From: Candidatus Hodarchaeota archaeon
GTDB lineage: Archaea > Asgardarchaeota > Lokiarchaeia > Sigyniarchaeales > SOKP01
NCBI GenBank assembly: GCA_048887225.1
Contig: JBHLJY010000002.1
Location: forward strand, 160,001 to 224,000
Direction: 5' to 3'
Length of the DNA: 64,000 bases
Shown: positions 41,342-51,751 of the stretch, piece after piece
How the letters are laid out: each line of letters starts with the position of its first letter
Numbering within the stretch: position 1 is the first letter of the stretch
Position numbers and translations under genes: made by a program
Notes under the pieces: model-generated
Told to the model about the DNA's origin: nothing
What the model saw: only the letters and a program-made list of their open reading frames with translations
The model's database searches: none

Positions 41342-44287
41342 GTGCTAAAATCATTGACAACATTAACCTTTGATATAAAAAAAATTGAAACGTTAATTTC
41401 TAACGGCAACCATGAAAGAGCCGCGCAAGAAATCCTCGAAATAATAGAAAAATCTACTAATAAAGAATTAATCTATAAAAGTCTAAATCTTCTAAATTTA
41501 ATTTGTGATAAAACACCTTCAATTTCATTGAAAACAATTAAGAATATTGAAAAATTTATTACAGATTCTAATTCTTGGATTAGACTGGTATCTTTAGAGA
41601 TATTATATCAGATTTCTATGTTTCGACCTAATTTATTGATAGATTTAATTGATAAGATCCGAGCACGATTATTTGATCACGATCCCTCCGTAAGAAGAAT
41701 GAGTATTAAAATAATGGGAACTTTAATTTTATCTCTGCACATAGATTTGGACGAACTTCAAGAATTAATTGAAGAATTTACAGGAAAATTAATGGATAAT
41801 GATTGGAAAGTTAAATTTCAAGTTATAAAAATTATTAAAAAGCTTTTAAACCAAGATTATACAAAAATTAGAGATCTTGAACCTTTACTATCGATGGTTA
41901 TAGTCAATCTAAGAGATGAGGACGACGATGTTGCGAGAGCGGCAGCAGATTTGCTAAAATTATTGGGTAATTATTTTCTTTCCAAGGAAAAAATCTTTTA
42001 TATTTTATTGAATCTTCTTTATAACGAAAAACCTAGGGTTAAAGAACTAATTATTTGGTTATTCGGAGAAATTGGTAAAGAAAAATCTTCTGAAATAATT
42101 CAAATCATCCCTAAATTAATTAATCTTCTAAAGGAACACGATTATAGAATTCATTTAAAGGTAGTTGATGCTTTAGTAAGTATAGCTGAAAATAATTTTG
42201 ATCAAATATTTTGTAATTTAATAGATTCTTTAGATACAAGTAATCATGAATATCGTAATAATTTAATTAATGCTTTTTATGCTCTCAGCCAAAAAAATAT
42301 TTCTATCATTTTTCCTTACCTATTTGAAGAAATTGAGAGCCCTTCTGAAAATATTCGAGAAGGAACAGCCTTAGTCTTCAAAAGATTATTTGAAGAATAT
42401 CAAATAGAAATAGAAAATGAAATTACGAAAATCTTATACCATTTAGAATCAAAATATTGGAGAGAAAGAAAAAATACTATAATTTTATTACAAAACATTT
42501 GTTTTATCTTAAAAAATCAGGAATTAGCTGTCTGGATTTCTATTGAATTGAATAGAGCACTAAAAAACGAAGTTGATTCAGATATAAAGGAAGAAATAAT
42601 ATATACAATAAGTAAAATTAAATCTACCTTCAAAGACATTGATAAAAAAATCCAGAAGACGAAAAATCAGTTAAATTTATTAAATAAAGAAATCAATGAA
42701 TTTCAAAAAATTCCAGCTGAATTTAGAAAAAAGTTAAATTCCTATATAAAAGATTATAAATTTAACGATACGGAAATACGCTTGGACAAGGAATACAATA
42801 AAATTCTGAAAAAAATAAACAAATTTCATAATAAAATAAATAATTTTGAATATAAGAGGCTAGCATTTGATTTAATAGAAGAATGGGAAGACACAAGGTT
42901 TCAGATAATCGACGAGCTAAGTATTATAAAAGGTTTTATCTCCAAGATATATGAGGATAAAAAATTAGAATTTATGTCTAATTTAAAAGTGAAAATTCAA
43001 GCACTTGTTGATAGAATCAATGTTTTAAAAGCACAATTTGAAGACATTAAGGACTATGATTTTAATGATAATTTAGAAATATTAATGCGCGATTTTAGCA
43101 GTGAAAACGAGATTTTGGAAGAAAAATTCGCAAATATAACCCAAATAAGAAAGAATTTGTTTAAATTGGATTTAGACATACGAGAACTATTGATTCACAA
43201 TGTAGAGTTTAATGATATTTTCAAGGAACTCATAACAAAATGGGTAAAAGTTAAAATTGAAATTCAAGAATATTTAGTCAATCTTGATAATCAAATTAAA
43301 TTATTAAAAGAACAGATTGCTATTACTTACCCTCAAATTGAAGGTTCAACAAAAGTTTCTAAAACTCTTGATGGATTAACTAATGAACTTGCCTTTCAAC
43401 TCCTGCAAGGTCATATCCAATCAGTTATATCGCAAGCTATAGAAGTTTTCAAAAAATTTAACGATAATTTTGAAGAATTTAATGCAAAGCTAGAACTCTT
43501 CATCAAAAAAAAAGAATTCGACAATGTTAGAAAATTAATAGATATGAAATCTACACAAATTCAAACATTTATCTCTGAGACTGAAAATCAAATTGATAAT
43601 TTAATTGGAAAGGAAAAAATTTCTGAAGATAATAGAAACATATTTAATTTATTTATCAGACCTTACATAGACAAATGGAACGCTTCTAAAGAATTACTTA
43701 TTAATAAATTAAAACATTTTAATAAAAAATATGAGGAAAAGCTCTATCTAAATCAATTCAAGCATTATTTAAAGATAATGAATCCAATCAAACTTGATTT
43801 ACTCTCATCTTATATTGGATTGGAAAAAGAACAATTAAAGGATCTAACTCTAAAATTTATTAATAAGAATAAGCTAAATGTTAAAATATTGAATAATTAT
43901 CTATATTCACAAAAAATTGAATACAATATTACTGATGACAAAAATCTTCTCTTTTTTAAAAATGTTAAGACAATTGGCAATAAAATATATTTATACTTTA
44001 AGTTAAATAATCCATCAAATTTAGATTTTAAAGATTTACATATTTCCTTAAAAACCCCTATATATCTTAAGTTCTTGAAAAAAGAGAGCTATCCTAAACA
44101 CCTTCATATAAGCGAGTTAAAAACAGGAAACGTATTTAAATTCAATTACGTATTAAAGATACGCAAGAATATTAACAGAAATTTGTCCGATCCGAGTGCT
44201 GATGAAATTTCACTTAATCTTTATTATAAGGATCTGTTTGACATACCAAAAAAAACAACAAAAAAAATTAACCTTCTTCTTCCTTAG
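41342..44287 (+). CDS. HEAT-repeat protein with helical middle and probable C-terminal beta-sandwich
   Basis: DHDPSVRR, DNDWKVK, DEDDDVAR, SPSENIRE HEAT repeats; C-terminal alternating beta strands. Confidence 0.8.
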   Translation: MLKSLTTLTFDIKKIETLISNGNHERAAQEILEIIEKSTNKELIYKSLNLLNLICDKTPSISLKTIKNIEKFITDSNSWIRLVSLEILYQISMFRPNLLIDLIDKIRARLFDHDPSVRRMSIKIMGTLILSLHIDLDELQELIEEFTGKLMDNDWKVKFQVIKIIKKLLNQDYTKIRDLEPLLSMVIVNLRDEDDDVARAAADLLKLLGNYFLSKEKIFYILLNLLYNEKPRVKELIIWLFGEIGKEKSSEIIQIIPKLINLLKEHDYRIHLKVVDALVSIAENNFDQIFCNLIDSLDTSNHEYRNNLINAFYALSQKNISIIFPYLFEEIESPSENIREGTALVFKRLFEEYQIEIENEITKILYHLESKYWRERKNTIILLQNICFILKNQELAVWISIELNRALKNEVDSDIKEEIIYTISKIKSTFKDIDKKIQKTKNQLNLLNKEINEFQKIPAEFRKKLNSYIKDYKFNDTEIRLDKEYNKILKKINKFHNKINNFEYKRLAFDLIEEWEDTRFQIIDELSIIKGFISKIYEDKKLEFMSNLKVKIQALVDRINVLKAQFEDIKDYDFNDNLEILMRDFSSENEILEEKFANITQIRKNLFKLDLDIRELLIHNVEFNDIFKELITKWVKVKIEIQEYLVNLDNQIKLLKEQIAITYPQIEGSTKVSKTLDGLTNELAFQLLQGHIQSVISQAIEVFKKFNDNFEEFNAKLELFIKKKEFDNVRKLIDMKSTQIQTFISETENQIDNLIGKEKISEDNRNIFNLFIRPYIDKWNASKELLINKLKHFNKKYEEKLYLNQFKHYLKIMNPIKLDLLSSYIGLEKEQLKDLTLKFINKNKLNVKILNNYLYSQKIEYNITDDKNLLFFKNVKTIGNKIYLYFKLNNPSNLDFKDLHISLKTPIYLKFLKKESYPKHLHISELKTGNVFKFNYVLKIRKNINRNLSDPSADEISLNLYYKDLFDIPKKTTKKINLLLP

Positions 44288-44393
44288 AAAAAAATCCTTT
44301 TATTTTGGAAAATTAATCTAAATATATAATAATTTTATAGATTATTATACAAGAAAAAATGAATAAATTAAAAAATTATATTTGAGGTGTTTA

Positions 44394-45419
44394 ATGGAAA
44401 ATTATCGGTTAACAAAACAAGTAAAGATATTTGGATGATCATGTAAACTTGGAAGCAGTAAACTAAACGAACTATTGAGGAAAGTTGGATTACAAAAAAA
44501 TGGGGATATAGAAGATGCAGCAATTATACCAATACCTAATAGCGATATGGTTCATATAAAAAGCCTTGATATTTTCACACCCATCGTAGATGAACCAAAA
44601 ATAATGGGAGAAATAACCGCTTGCAACGTTACTAATGATGTGTTTGCTATGAACGTTCTTGAAATCTCAGGAATGCTTGCTTTTCTCGCAATAAAAACAG
44701 ATACGCCTATAGAAATTGCCGAAGGTATATTAGAAGGAATGAAATATTTCATGGAAAGAAAAATTAATTCTAAAGTAGTTGGGGGTCACACAATTTATAG
44801 TGAATGGCCTCTAATGGGTGGAGAAGCGAGTGGATTCCTTCATAAGGATAAAGTGATTCGAAAAATTGGCGCGAAAAAAGGAGATAAATTAATTCTTACA
44901 AAGCCTATAGGGTTACAAGCGATTTCAGCGGCATATAGACTTTTAAAAGATATACCTGAGATGTTAGAACAATATTCCTTAAATGAGCTCAAGAATTCAA
45001 TCGATCTAGCAATAGAAATTATGACTACTTCAAGTCAAGATGTAATTAAAACGATACATTCATACAAAGATTTTTCGTTTATTCATGCAATGAGCGATAT
45101 TTCTGGATTTGGTCTTGCAGGCCATTTGCAAGAAATGCTTCAAAGTTCAGAATTATCCGCAATTATAGATACTGTACCATCTATAAAATTTTCTAGGGAA
45201 CTCTCTGACGAGTTAGGCTACGATTTTGAAGGTTGCTTGTGTGCTGAAACTGCGGGAGGTATGTTAATAGCTGTGGATCAAAATAATGTCGAAGAGTTTT
45301 CTAATACATTAAATAGTAACGGTAATAAAAATTGGATTATCGGAAAAATTGATAAGATAAAACCTAAGCTCGTAAAAATTTCAGAAAAAGTCGAATATCT
45401 TGAAATTACGAAAATTTAA
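44394..45419 (+). CDS. selD: Selenophosphate synthetase, selenoprotein (Sec15 = TGA 44436-44438)
   Basis: GAGGTG RBS, ATG 44394, MENYRLTKQVKIFG-U-SCKLG in frame with EDAA, DIFTPIVD, NDVFAM, GGHT, LTKPIG, DISGFGLAGH, ETAGG. Confidence 0.95.
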
Positions 45420-45489
45420 CTCCTTAAAGTATGAATTTTATGTAAAAATATTAGACATAAGATGACTAACCTTGCGATGGTTTATGGAG
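45420..45489 (+). promoter_or_regulatory. Eukaryote-like SECIS element in the selD 3' UTR
   Basis: AUGA(45431-34)-A-UUUUAUGU-[AAAAAUAUUAG]-ACAUAAGA-UGAC(45463-66); outer CUCCuUAAA/UUUAuGGAG stem. Confidence 0.85.
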
Positions 45490-45518
45490 GATAAAACAAA
45501 AGGAAATTATTAAATCTT

Positions 45519-46316
45519 TTATTTATAATATTTTTTAATTTTCCCTTTAAGTTTTAGAACGATCTCTTTTAATTCATTGAGTGCTCTATCAATTAATTCT
45601 TCTCCGTTCTCAACATTAAAAGCAGTAATTGAAATCTCTACTTCAACAGAAATGCCAACTCTCGGATGAGTTTTAATCCATAATTGAGGATTTTTTTTTT
45701 CAATTTCACTAACATAAGGTGCAATTTGGCTTTCTCCAATCCCGGAAAAAATAAATCCTTTTTCTATAAACTTACCCTTTTTTTCTTTTAAAATGGGTAA
45801 AATTACAATGCTAAAAATTTTCTTCATTTCTGCCGGAACTCCTGGTAAGCAATAAATGCTCGTTTTACCTTCTCTAATTTTTACGCCTGGAGCAGTCCCT
45901 CTAAGATTTGGCAATGGTATTGACCCTTTAGGTAAATATGCCATTTTTTTTCTCTCTTTAGTCATCCCCTCAAGTTTTAGAATGCCTTGCTTATAAGCTT
46001 GATTGTAGGCTTTTTTAATCGAATTATATGCTTGTTCGTTAAGTTCTAATTCTCGACCTAACGCTCTCCCAACTCCTTCTAACGTCATATCGTCGAACGT
46101 CGGACCTAATCCTCCTGAGGTTATAATAATATCAGGTTCACGCTTTAAAATATCTCGAAGAGCACTTGAAATTTTTTCTAACTCATCGCCAATTATAGTG
46201 ATCCTTACAAGTTTATGTCCAAATTTTGTTATTCTCTTTGCCATCCAATTAGAATTAGTATCTTGAGTCTTTCCGATAAGAATTTCATTTCCTATTATTA
46301 AAAGTTCAACGTTCAT
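45519..46316 (-). CDS. CinA-like molybdopterin-binding-domain protein
   Basis: IGNEILIG...DTNS, SGGLGPTFDDMT, GTAPG, LPGVPAEM. Confidence 0.92.
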   Translation of the reverse strand: MNVELLIIGNEILIGKTQDTNSNWMAKRITKFGHKLVRITIIGDELEKISSALRDILKREPDIIITSGGLGPTFDDMTLEGVGRALGRELELNEQAYNSIKKAYNQAYKQGILKLEGMTKERKKMAYLPKGSIPLPNLRGTAPGVKIREGKTSIYCLPGVPAEMKKIFSIVILPILKEKKGKFIEKGFIFSGIGESQIAPYVSEIEKKNPQLWIKTHPRVGISVEVEISITAFNVENGEELIDRALNELKEIVLKLKGKIKKYYK

Positions 46317-46404
46317 ATTCCTTTTAAAAGAAATTGTATTATAATTTAGATAATTAATAATTTCATTTTATCTTATCTTTATTAAGACACAGTGATTTTA
46401 AACT

Positions 46405-46977
46405 ATGACAATTCAAATAGATGATGCTGGAACTGGAGATCTTATTGGTGATGCTTTTATCGGTTTATTGAGAAAGGAAACAAGTAAAATTATTTTTAGA
46501 ACCCTTCCAGTGGAATTATTTCAAGAGAAGAATTGGAAAAATAAAATGCCCTTTAAAATCGTTGTAGACTTAGTTAAAGATGGTTTGCGAGAATTAAAAT
46601 TTAATAGAGAATCTGAAAAAATTGAAATTTGCCAAGGAAACATTTTTGAACAAGTAAGAACCTTTTTTGACGAAACTGGGATAAATTATGAATCAGTAAC
46701 TATAGAAGGAAAACTTCAAGATGCCGTTGAAAGTAAATTGGTAAATCATCTTCGTGATTTAGGAGTTAAGTCAAAAAATTTAACGAAAAAATCTGGAGCA
46801 AGACGGTATTTTGTACTTTTTAATTGGCTCTGTCGAGATTTTTATAATAGGGAAAAATACGTAAAAACAGGTTTCAAAAAATGGAATTCAACATGGAGAG
46901 AAAAAGCAATTAGAAGATACAATAAATTTCAACAATCAAAATCTTACAAAAAATCAAAATATACCAAAAATTATTAA
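46405..46977 (+). CDS. RNase H-like fold hypothetical protein
   Basis: N-terminal IQIDDAGTGDLIG resembles the RNase HII DEAGRG motif. Confidence 0.5.
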   Translation: MTIQIDDAGTGDLIGDAFIGLLRKETSKIIFRTLPVELFQEKNWKNKMPFKIVVDLVKDGLRELKFNRESEKIEICQGNIFEQVRTFFDETGINYESVTIEGKLQDAVESKLVNHLRDLGVKSKNLTKKSGARRYFVLFNWLCRDFYNREKYVKTGFKKWNSTWREKAIRRYNKFQQSKSYKKSKYTKNY

Positions 46978-46987
46978 AATAAGTAAA

Positions 46988-47665
46988 TTATTTTAACTCT
47001 GTTCCACAATAAGAACAAATTTTTGTATTTCTTGCTAATTTTGCTCCACATGCAAAACAAATTACATGATCTCTACCAATCTCTGCGTTCTCATCTTTTT
47101 TTTCTTGATTTTCATGATTGTTAGGAACTCTCGTATCTAATTTTTCGCTAAGCTCTTTCATCTTATCAACGTAATTTGGATCGTGTGGTGTTATTATTTT
47201 AAAGTCTTTTGGGGCTGAAATTTCTAAAATCCCTTTTGCTTTACTATCAAATTTCAATTTTTCCACCCAATTATCGCCATCCAAACCTTTTGATGCAACT
47301 TTTTCAGAATTTTTTAGTGGTTGGTTAATTTTTTCAGTTTCATCTAAAATTAATGGTTCAGTTTTTTCGATTTCTAAGGGTTTTTGTTCAATAGATATTT
47401 CTTCTTTATTTTTTATATTTTCAATTATGATTTCTTCCTTTCTGGGTGATTTTAACTCTTTAATATGATCAAGAATTTGTTGTGTCTTAGTTATAAGCAT
47501 ATTTCTATAAGAAAAATCCAATCCCGCGGTTTTTGAAGCAGCAATAGTCATCTCCGATATTTCAATCCATAACTGGACAGCATTTTTCATATCATTTTGT
47601 TTTTCGTAGCTTCTTGCTTTAGCAACTTTAATGCTAAGTTCTTGATTAAATTTAGAAATGTCCAT
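46988..47665 (-). CDS. MIT-like domain protein with C-terminal zinc ribbon
   Basis: KARSYEKQNDMKNAVQLW...KTQQILDHIKELK; CFACG...CSYCG. Confidence 0.65.
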   Translation of the reverse strand: MDISKFNQELSIKVAKARSYEKQNDMKNAVQLWIEISEMTIAASKTAGLDFSYRNMLITKTQQILDHIKELKSPRKEEIIIENIKNKEEISIEQKPLEIEKTEPLILDETEKINQPLKNSEKVASKGLDGDNWVEKLKFDSKAKGILEISAPKDFKIITPHDPNYVDKMKELSEKLDTRVPNNHENQEKKDENAEIGRDHVICFACGAKLARNTKICSYCGTELK

Positions 47666-47857
47666 GGATATCTTTAAATTTTTTATCTTAAAATATGATT
47701 AACAAATCAACTTAAATATATATTAATTGCTAACTTTCTCAAATAAAAGGTAATTTAAATTTTTATTGTAGTCCAATTTCTATAAAATTAAAATCAAAGA
47801 ATACTATTAGTTAAATAAAAATAAAGCATATTATAATTTATTTTAAAATAGTTCCTT

Positions 47858-49735
47858 ATGTCTATTGTAAGACCATTTTCTTCAAGCGAGATAAGCAATT
47901 TAAGAGAAATTTTTGAAAAAAATGGATTTAAGATAAACGGACACATAGAAAACTACTTTCGATATAGTATTTCCACGAGAGATAAGATTCTAATTATTAT
48001 ATTAAAATTTCCTATAGAATTACCTTTAAGAATGAATATTCCTTTTGAAGTAGCTTGTTTTCGAATCTGCATGGTATTGAAATTATGGAACCTTACGCAA
48101 AAAGCTTACAAAATTCTTATTTACTTATTGAAGATGTTGCGTAATTTAGCACTTCAAGTTTCTATGGAACACCATTTTCCAGTCGAGGGATTCCAGAAAA
48201 AGATTGTTAATCTATTAAATATTATTATGCCAGATCTCATAAAAAACGAAAATGAAAAAGCGTGGTTAGCTCGTATTAGAATCTCATTATTAAATAAAAG
48301 GCACAAGTTCGAAGAATTTGAAAACAAGAGTATAAATAACTTAGTCGAAACTTTAAATAAAGCTGGACTAAAACCTACTTTTGAGCAACCATGGGAAATT
48401 AAAAAAGGAATTCCAAAAATTAGAACATCAGAAACATTGCTTTTTTCTAGCGAAGAAGAGCAAGAATTTTTCATTTTAGAAAAAGGATATTTCACTTATT
48501 TTAAAGATTTAGAATATAACAAAATTTACCTAAGATCTTTATTTGAGTCGTATACTCCCTATCTTCTAAGTGATTTATATAGAGATCTTCCCGAATTTAA
48601 AATAGATACATATCTCGAAAATTGGATCAAATTTGCTCGATTACTTTTAAATTCAATGATAGAAATCCTAGATGCGGGAGAGATAAATAAGAGCGAATTT
48701 CTAGATTTTCGTGCAGAGAAGGAATTGGATTCAGAAGATTTCGAATTAGAAGAAAATAATTTTTCATTTTCAGCCCTACATTATGAAAGTCGTATTACAA
48801 AAGATTTGTATCCTCTACATAACGATTTATTTGATAATCCTCCTTCAAATTTTGAAGTTATCGAATCTATTCAAAATTATACTAAAGCAGAGGAGTTAAT
48901 TAAAAATTTTAAATTTAAAGAAGCTTCTGAAATTTTAGACGAGTCCTTGAAAGTTTTTAATAAGTATAAACAGAAGAAAGCTGTTGTTTCAATTTTGTTA
49001 TATCTTAGAAAAATTGCTTCTCTTTTGAATCAAAAAAAAATTACTTTAAATTATTTACAAAATGCTTTGGAAGTTGCGAAAACCGGAGAAGTCCCTAAAG
49101 AATATATCTTAAGAATCCACTATCAGTTAGGGAAAACCTATTTTAAACTTAAAGATCACCATAATGCGCTAAATCATTTTAAGATAATTATTACTTCCTT
49201 AGAAAACGAAAAAGATTCTATAACAAAAGTTGAATATTTAGGAATGGCATCACTCTACATTGGATTAATCTATCTAGAACAAAAGGAAATATCTAAATCG
49301 AAAATCCATTTAAAGAAAGCATTTTATAGTAAATCTGAAAAAGTTAAATTAAAATATCATTTACTCTATGCGAAATATTTTAAGAATAAAGGAAATCTCT
49401 CTAAAGCTCATAAATTGTTAAAGATGGCATTTTCTGAAGTAAATTTAATTGAAGAAAAACACGTAAATCTCCTTATTGATTTAATGTTAGAATTGGCAGA
49501 GTTCACCATTCATTATCGTAAAGCTCCGAAAAAAGCACTACATTACCTTAACGCAATTAAGAGCTCCTTATCCCAAGAGAAAATTTCGGGATTTCAAAGA
49601 ACTTTACGATGGAATTTATTAATGTCGGATTTTTATAAATTAATTAAGGATGATGAAAATTCTGCTCATCATCTAAGACAAGGTAAAACTATAAAAAATC
49701 AATTAAGAGTAATCGGAGTAATAGAACTTGATTAG
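47858..49735 (+). CDS. Protein with C-terminal TPR repeats
   Basis: HYQLGKTYFKLKDHHNALNHF, LYIGLIYLEQ. Confidence 0.8.
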   Translation: MSIVRPFSSSEISNLREIFEKNGFKINGHIENYFRYSISTRDKILIIILKFPIELPLRMNIPFEVACFRICMVLKLWNLTQKAYKILIYLLKMLRNLALQVSMEHHFPVEGFQKKIVNLLNIIMPDLIKNENEKAWLARIRISLLNKRHKFEEFENKSINNLVETLNKAGLKPTFEQPWEIKKGIPKIRTSETLLFSSEEEQEFFILEKGYFTYFKDLEYNKIYLRSLFESYTPYLLSDLYRDLPEFKIDTYLENWIKFARLLLNSMIEILDAGEINKSEFLDFRAEKELDSEDFELEENNFSFSALHYESRITKDLYPLHNDLFDNPPSNFEVIESIQNYTKAEELIKNFKFKEASEILDESLKVFNKYKQKKAVVSILLYLRKIASLLNQKKITLNYLQNALEVAKTGEVPKEYILRIHYQLGKTYFKLKDHHNALNHFKIIITSLENEKDSITKVEYLGMASLYIGLIYLEQKEISKSKIHLKKAFYSKSEKVKLKYHLLYAKYFKNKGNLSKAHKLLKMAFSEVNLIEEKHVNLLIDLMLELAEFTIHYRKAPKKALHYLNAIKSSLSQEKISGFQRTLRWNLLMSDFYKLIKDDENSAHHLRQGKTIKNQLRVIGVIELD

Positions 49736-49751
49736 ATAAATTAATAAATAT

Positions 49752-49955
49752 TTATCTTTTAAATTGACTTCTCTTTGCTCCTAAAGAATCAGTTTGCCCA
49801 CCATACGTGCCCTGAATTATCCTTTTATTGTAAATTTCTCGGAAACGGACTCTGGGGGATTTCTTTTTTTTAGCATTAACTCCTGTTCTATCGACTTTAG
49901 GAGTCTGCATTTTGACCTTTCCAGCTTTAGTTAATGAACCATGCGAACCAGGCAT
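49752..49955 (-). CDS. rps30e: Ribosomal protein eS30
   Basis: MPGSHGSLTKAGKVKMQTPKV. Confidence 0.95.
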   Translation of the reverse strand: MPGSHGSLTKAGKVKMQTPKVDRTGVNAKKKKSPRVRFREIYNKRIIQGTYGGQTDSLGAKRSQFKR

Positions 49956-50201
49956 TATTAGCACAAATTTATTTTTATGTAATTCCTTTAATTAAGAATC
50001 TGTTTTCTTATAAAATTTAATACTTTTAAACTCTTAAATCTTTTTTTCCAATTTTCTTAAATATGTATTGGTTAAATTATATATTATCTTTAATAAGAAA
50101 TTAATGATATTGAATATATTATGGATTAAACTCAAATATTATGTTAGATTAAATCAAAATATATTATCCCTCATTCATTAATATTTAACTGTTAAATTTA
50201 A

Positions 50202-50304
50202 GGGAACTTGGCGAAGCTCGGTATCGCGGCAGGCTCCAGATCCCGTAGGCAAGCAAATGCGAGCAGATACCTGTTGGTCGGGGGTTCAAATCCCTCAGTT
50301 CCCA
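50202..50304 (+). tRNA. tRNA-Trp(CCA) with 29-nt intron at 37/38 (50240-50268)
   Basis: Acceptor GGGAACT/AGTTCCC; anticodon stem GCAGG/CCTGT; CCA at 50236-38; GGTTCAAATCC T-arm. Confidence 0.92.
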
Positions 50305-50390
50305 TTTTTATACGGAATCTAAAAATAGAAGAGATTAAATTTATCTAATAGAATAAATAATAATGAGTAAAATGAGGAGATTTTTTTAAT

Positions 50391-50771
50391 ATGTTTCGAA
50401 TTGAAATCATAGGGGAAAATTGTTTATATATAAAAACCCTAGGGACCTTTCCTAAATCTGTAGCTAAGCGATTCGTAAAAGAATTTGAAGAAAAAACTAA
50501 GGATTATAAAAATTTATGCGCAATCGTAGACAATCTTGACGCAATTTTATTAGACTTAAGATCATTTAATATTATTTTAGATTTATTAAAAAAAAATAAC
50601 CAAAAATTAGGAAGAGCAGCGTATGTTATTTCAGAAAAGAATCTTCCTTTAGACAAAGAAATTCAAATCTTATTGGAAAGAGCATCTTCTCCAAATCGAA
50701 AATTAGTCCATAGCCTTGACGAAGCTAAAAAGTGGGTTGGGCTTAAAGATATTATCATTCAAAAGAAATAA
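50391..50771 (+). CDS. STAS/SpoIIAA-like small protein
   Basis: AIVD...RAAYVI...SLDEAKKW pattern. Confidence 0.55.
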   Translation: MFRIEIIGENCLYIKTLGTFPKSVAKRFVKEFEEKTKDYKNLCAIVDNLDAILLDLRSFNIILDLLKKNNQKLGRAAYVISEKNLPLDKEIQILLERASSPNRKLVHSLDEAKKWVGLKDIIIQKK

Positions 50772-50791
50772 TTTACTTGTATGTTATCATT

Positions 50792-51613
50792 TCATTTTAA
50801 ATTTAATCTTTTTTTGGCCAACTGAATAGCTTTAGGATTATTATCAATACCAATCCACTTTCTTTTAAGCTTTTTTGCGACTACTAATGTTGTACCTGTT
50901 CCACAAAAAAAATCTGCTATAATATCTCCTTCATTTGACGAAGCTAAAATTATTCGTTCGATTAATTCTTCTGGCTTTTGAGTTGGATATCCCAAATATT
51001 CCTTTGACCTTGTTCTTGTTTGGTAAGAATATATATCGTTCCATACATCTCCTACTAAAGTTCCAGGTTTTTCATCAAGGTATTGCTTACCTCCGCGACG
51101 TTTTCTATAGAGTCGACCATTTTCGTCCTCATATCTGAACATTTTCTTTATATATTCTTCTTTGTATGGAATATATTGCTTATTGAACGTGAAATTTTCT
51201 GATTTTGTATAGTATAGGATTGTATCGTGTTGGCGGACCCATCCCTTCACTTGGGATTTGAATCCGGATACGCTGCCAACATTCCAAATTATTTCCCGTC
51301 GAAAATTTTCCTTCTTAAATATTGTGTCGCATAAAGGCTTTAAATCAAAAATGGCACTCGCATCGCAGTGTAAATAGAAAGAACCATTTGATTTGAGAGC
51401 TCGGTGCATTTCCTTTATCCTTAAATCCATAAAATCCAAATAATCGTCTAATGATGCCCATAAATCTGAAAATTCCTTATAATCTATGCCGCTGTGGAAG
51501 GGGGGATCAATATAAATTAAATCAATAAATTCAGAATCGAGATTTTGTAAAAATACCAAATTTTCTGATAAGTAGATATGATTTAATTTCATTTCCATAG
51601 TAAATTTAAACAA
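50792..51613 (-). CDS. Beta-class N6-A/N4-C DNA methyltransferase
   Basis: IYIDPPF, YPTQKPEELIERII, DFFCGTGTT; true start may be the ATG near 51598. Confidence 0.93.
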   Translation of the reverse strand: MFKFTMEMKLNHIYLSENLVFLQNLDSEFIDLIYIDPPFHSGIDYKEFSDLWASLDDYLDFMDLRIKEMHRALKSNGSFYLHCDASAIFDLKPLCDTIFKKENFRREIIWNVGSVSGFKSQVKGWVRQHDTILYYTKSENFTFNKQYIPYKEEYIKKMFRYEDENGRLYRKRRGGKQYLDEKPGTLVGDVWNDIYSYQTRTRSKEYLGYPTQKPEELIERIILASSNEGDIIADFFCGTGTTLVVAKKLKRKWIGIDNNPKAIQLAKKRLNLK

Positions 51614-51751
51614 ATCAAATATAATTCCTTTACTATTAAGAGATTATTTTTCCTACATTTGTGTCTAGAAGTTCCAAAAGTATTTAAAAATAGAAAACAC
51701 AATATTATCAACTTCAATATATGTAGAAAAAGTCAGTGAAGTGAAAAAAGG

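Noticed and set aside
50202-50304. tRNA-Sec or a long-variable-arm tRNA, given selD nearby
   Set aside because: Anticodon is CCA, the acceptor stem is 7 bp, and the extra sequence lies in the anticodon loop
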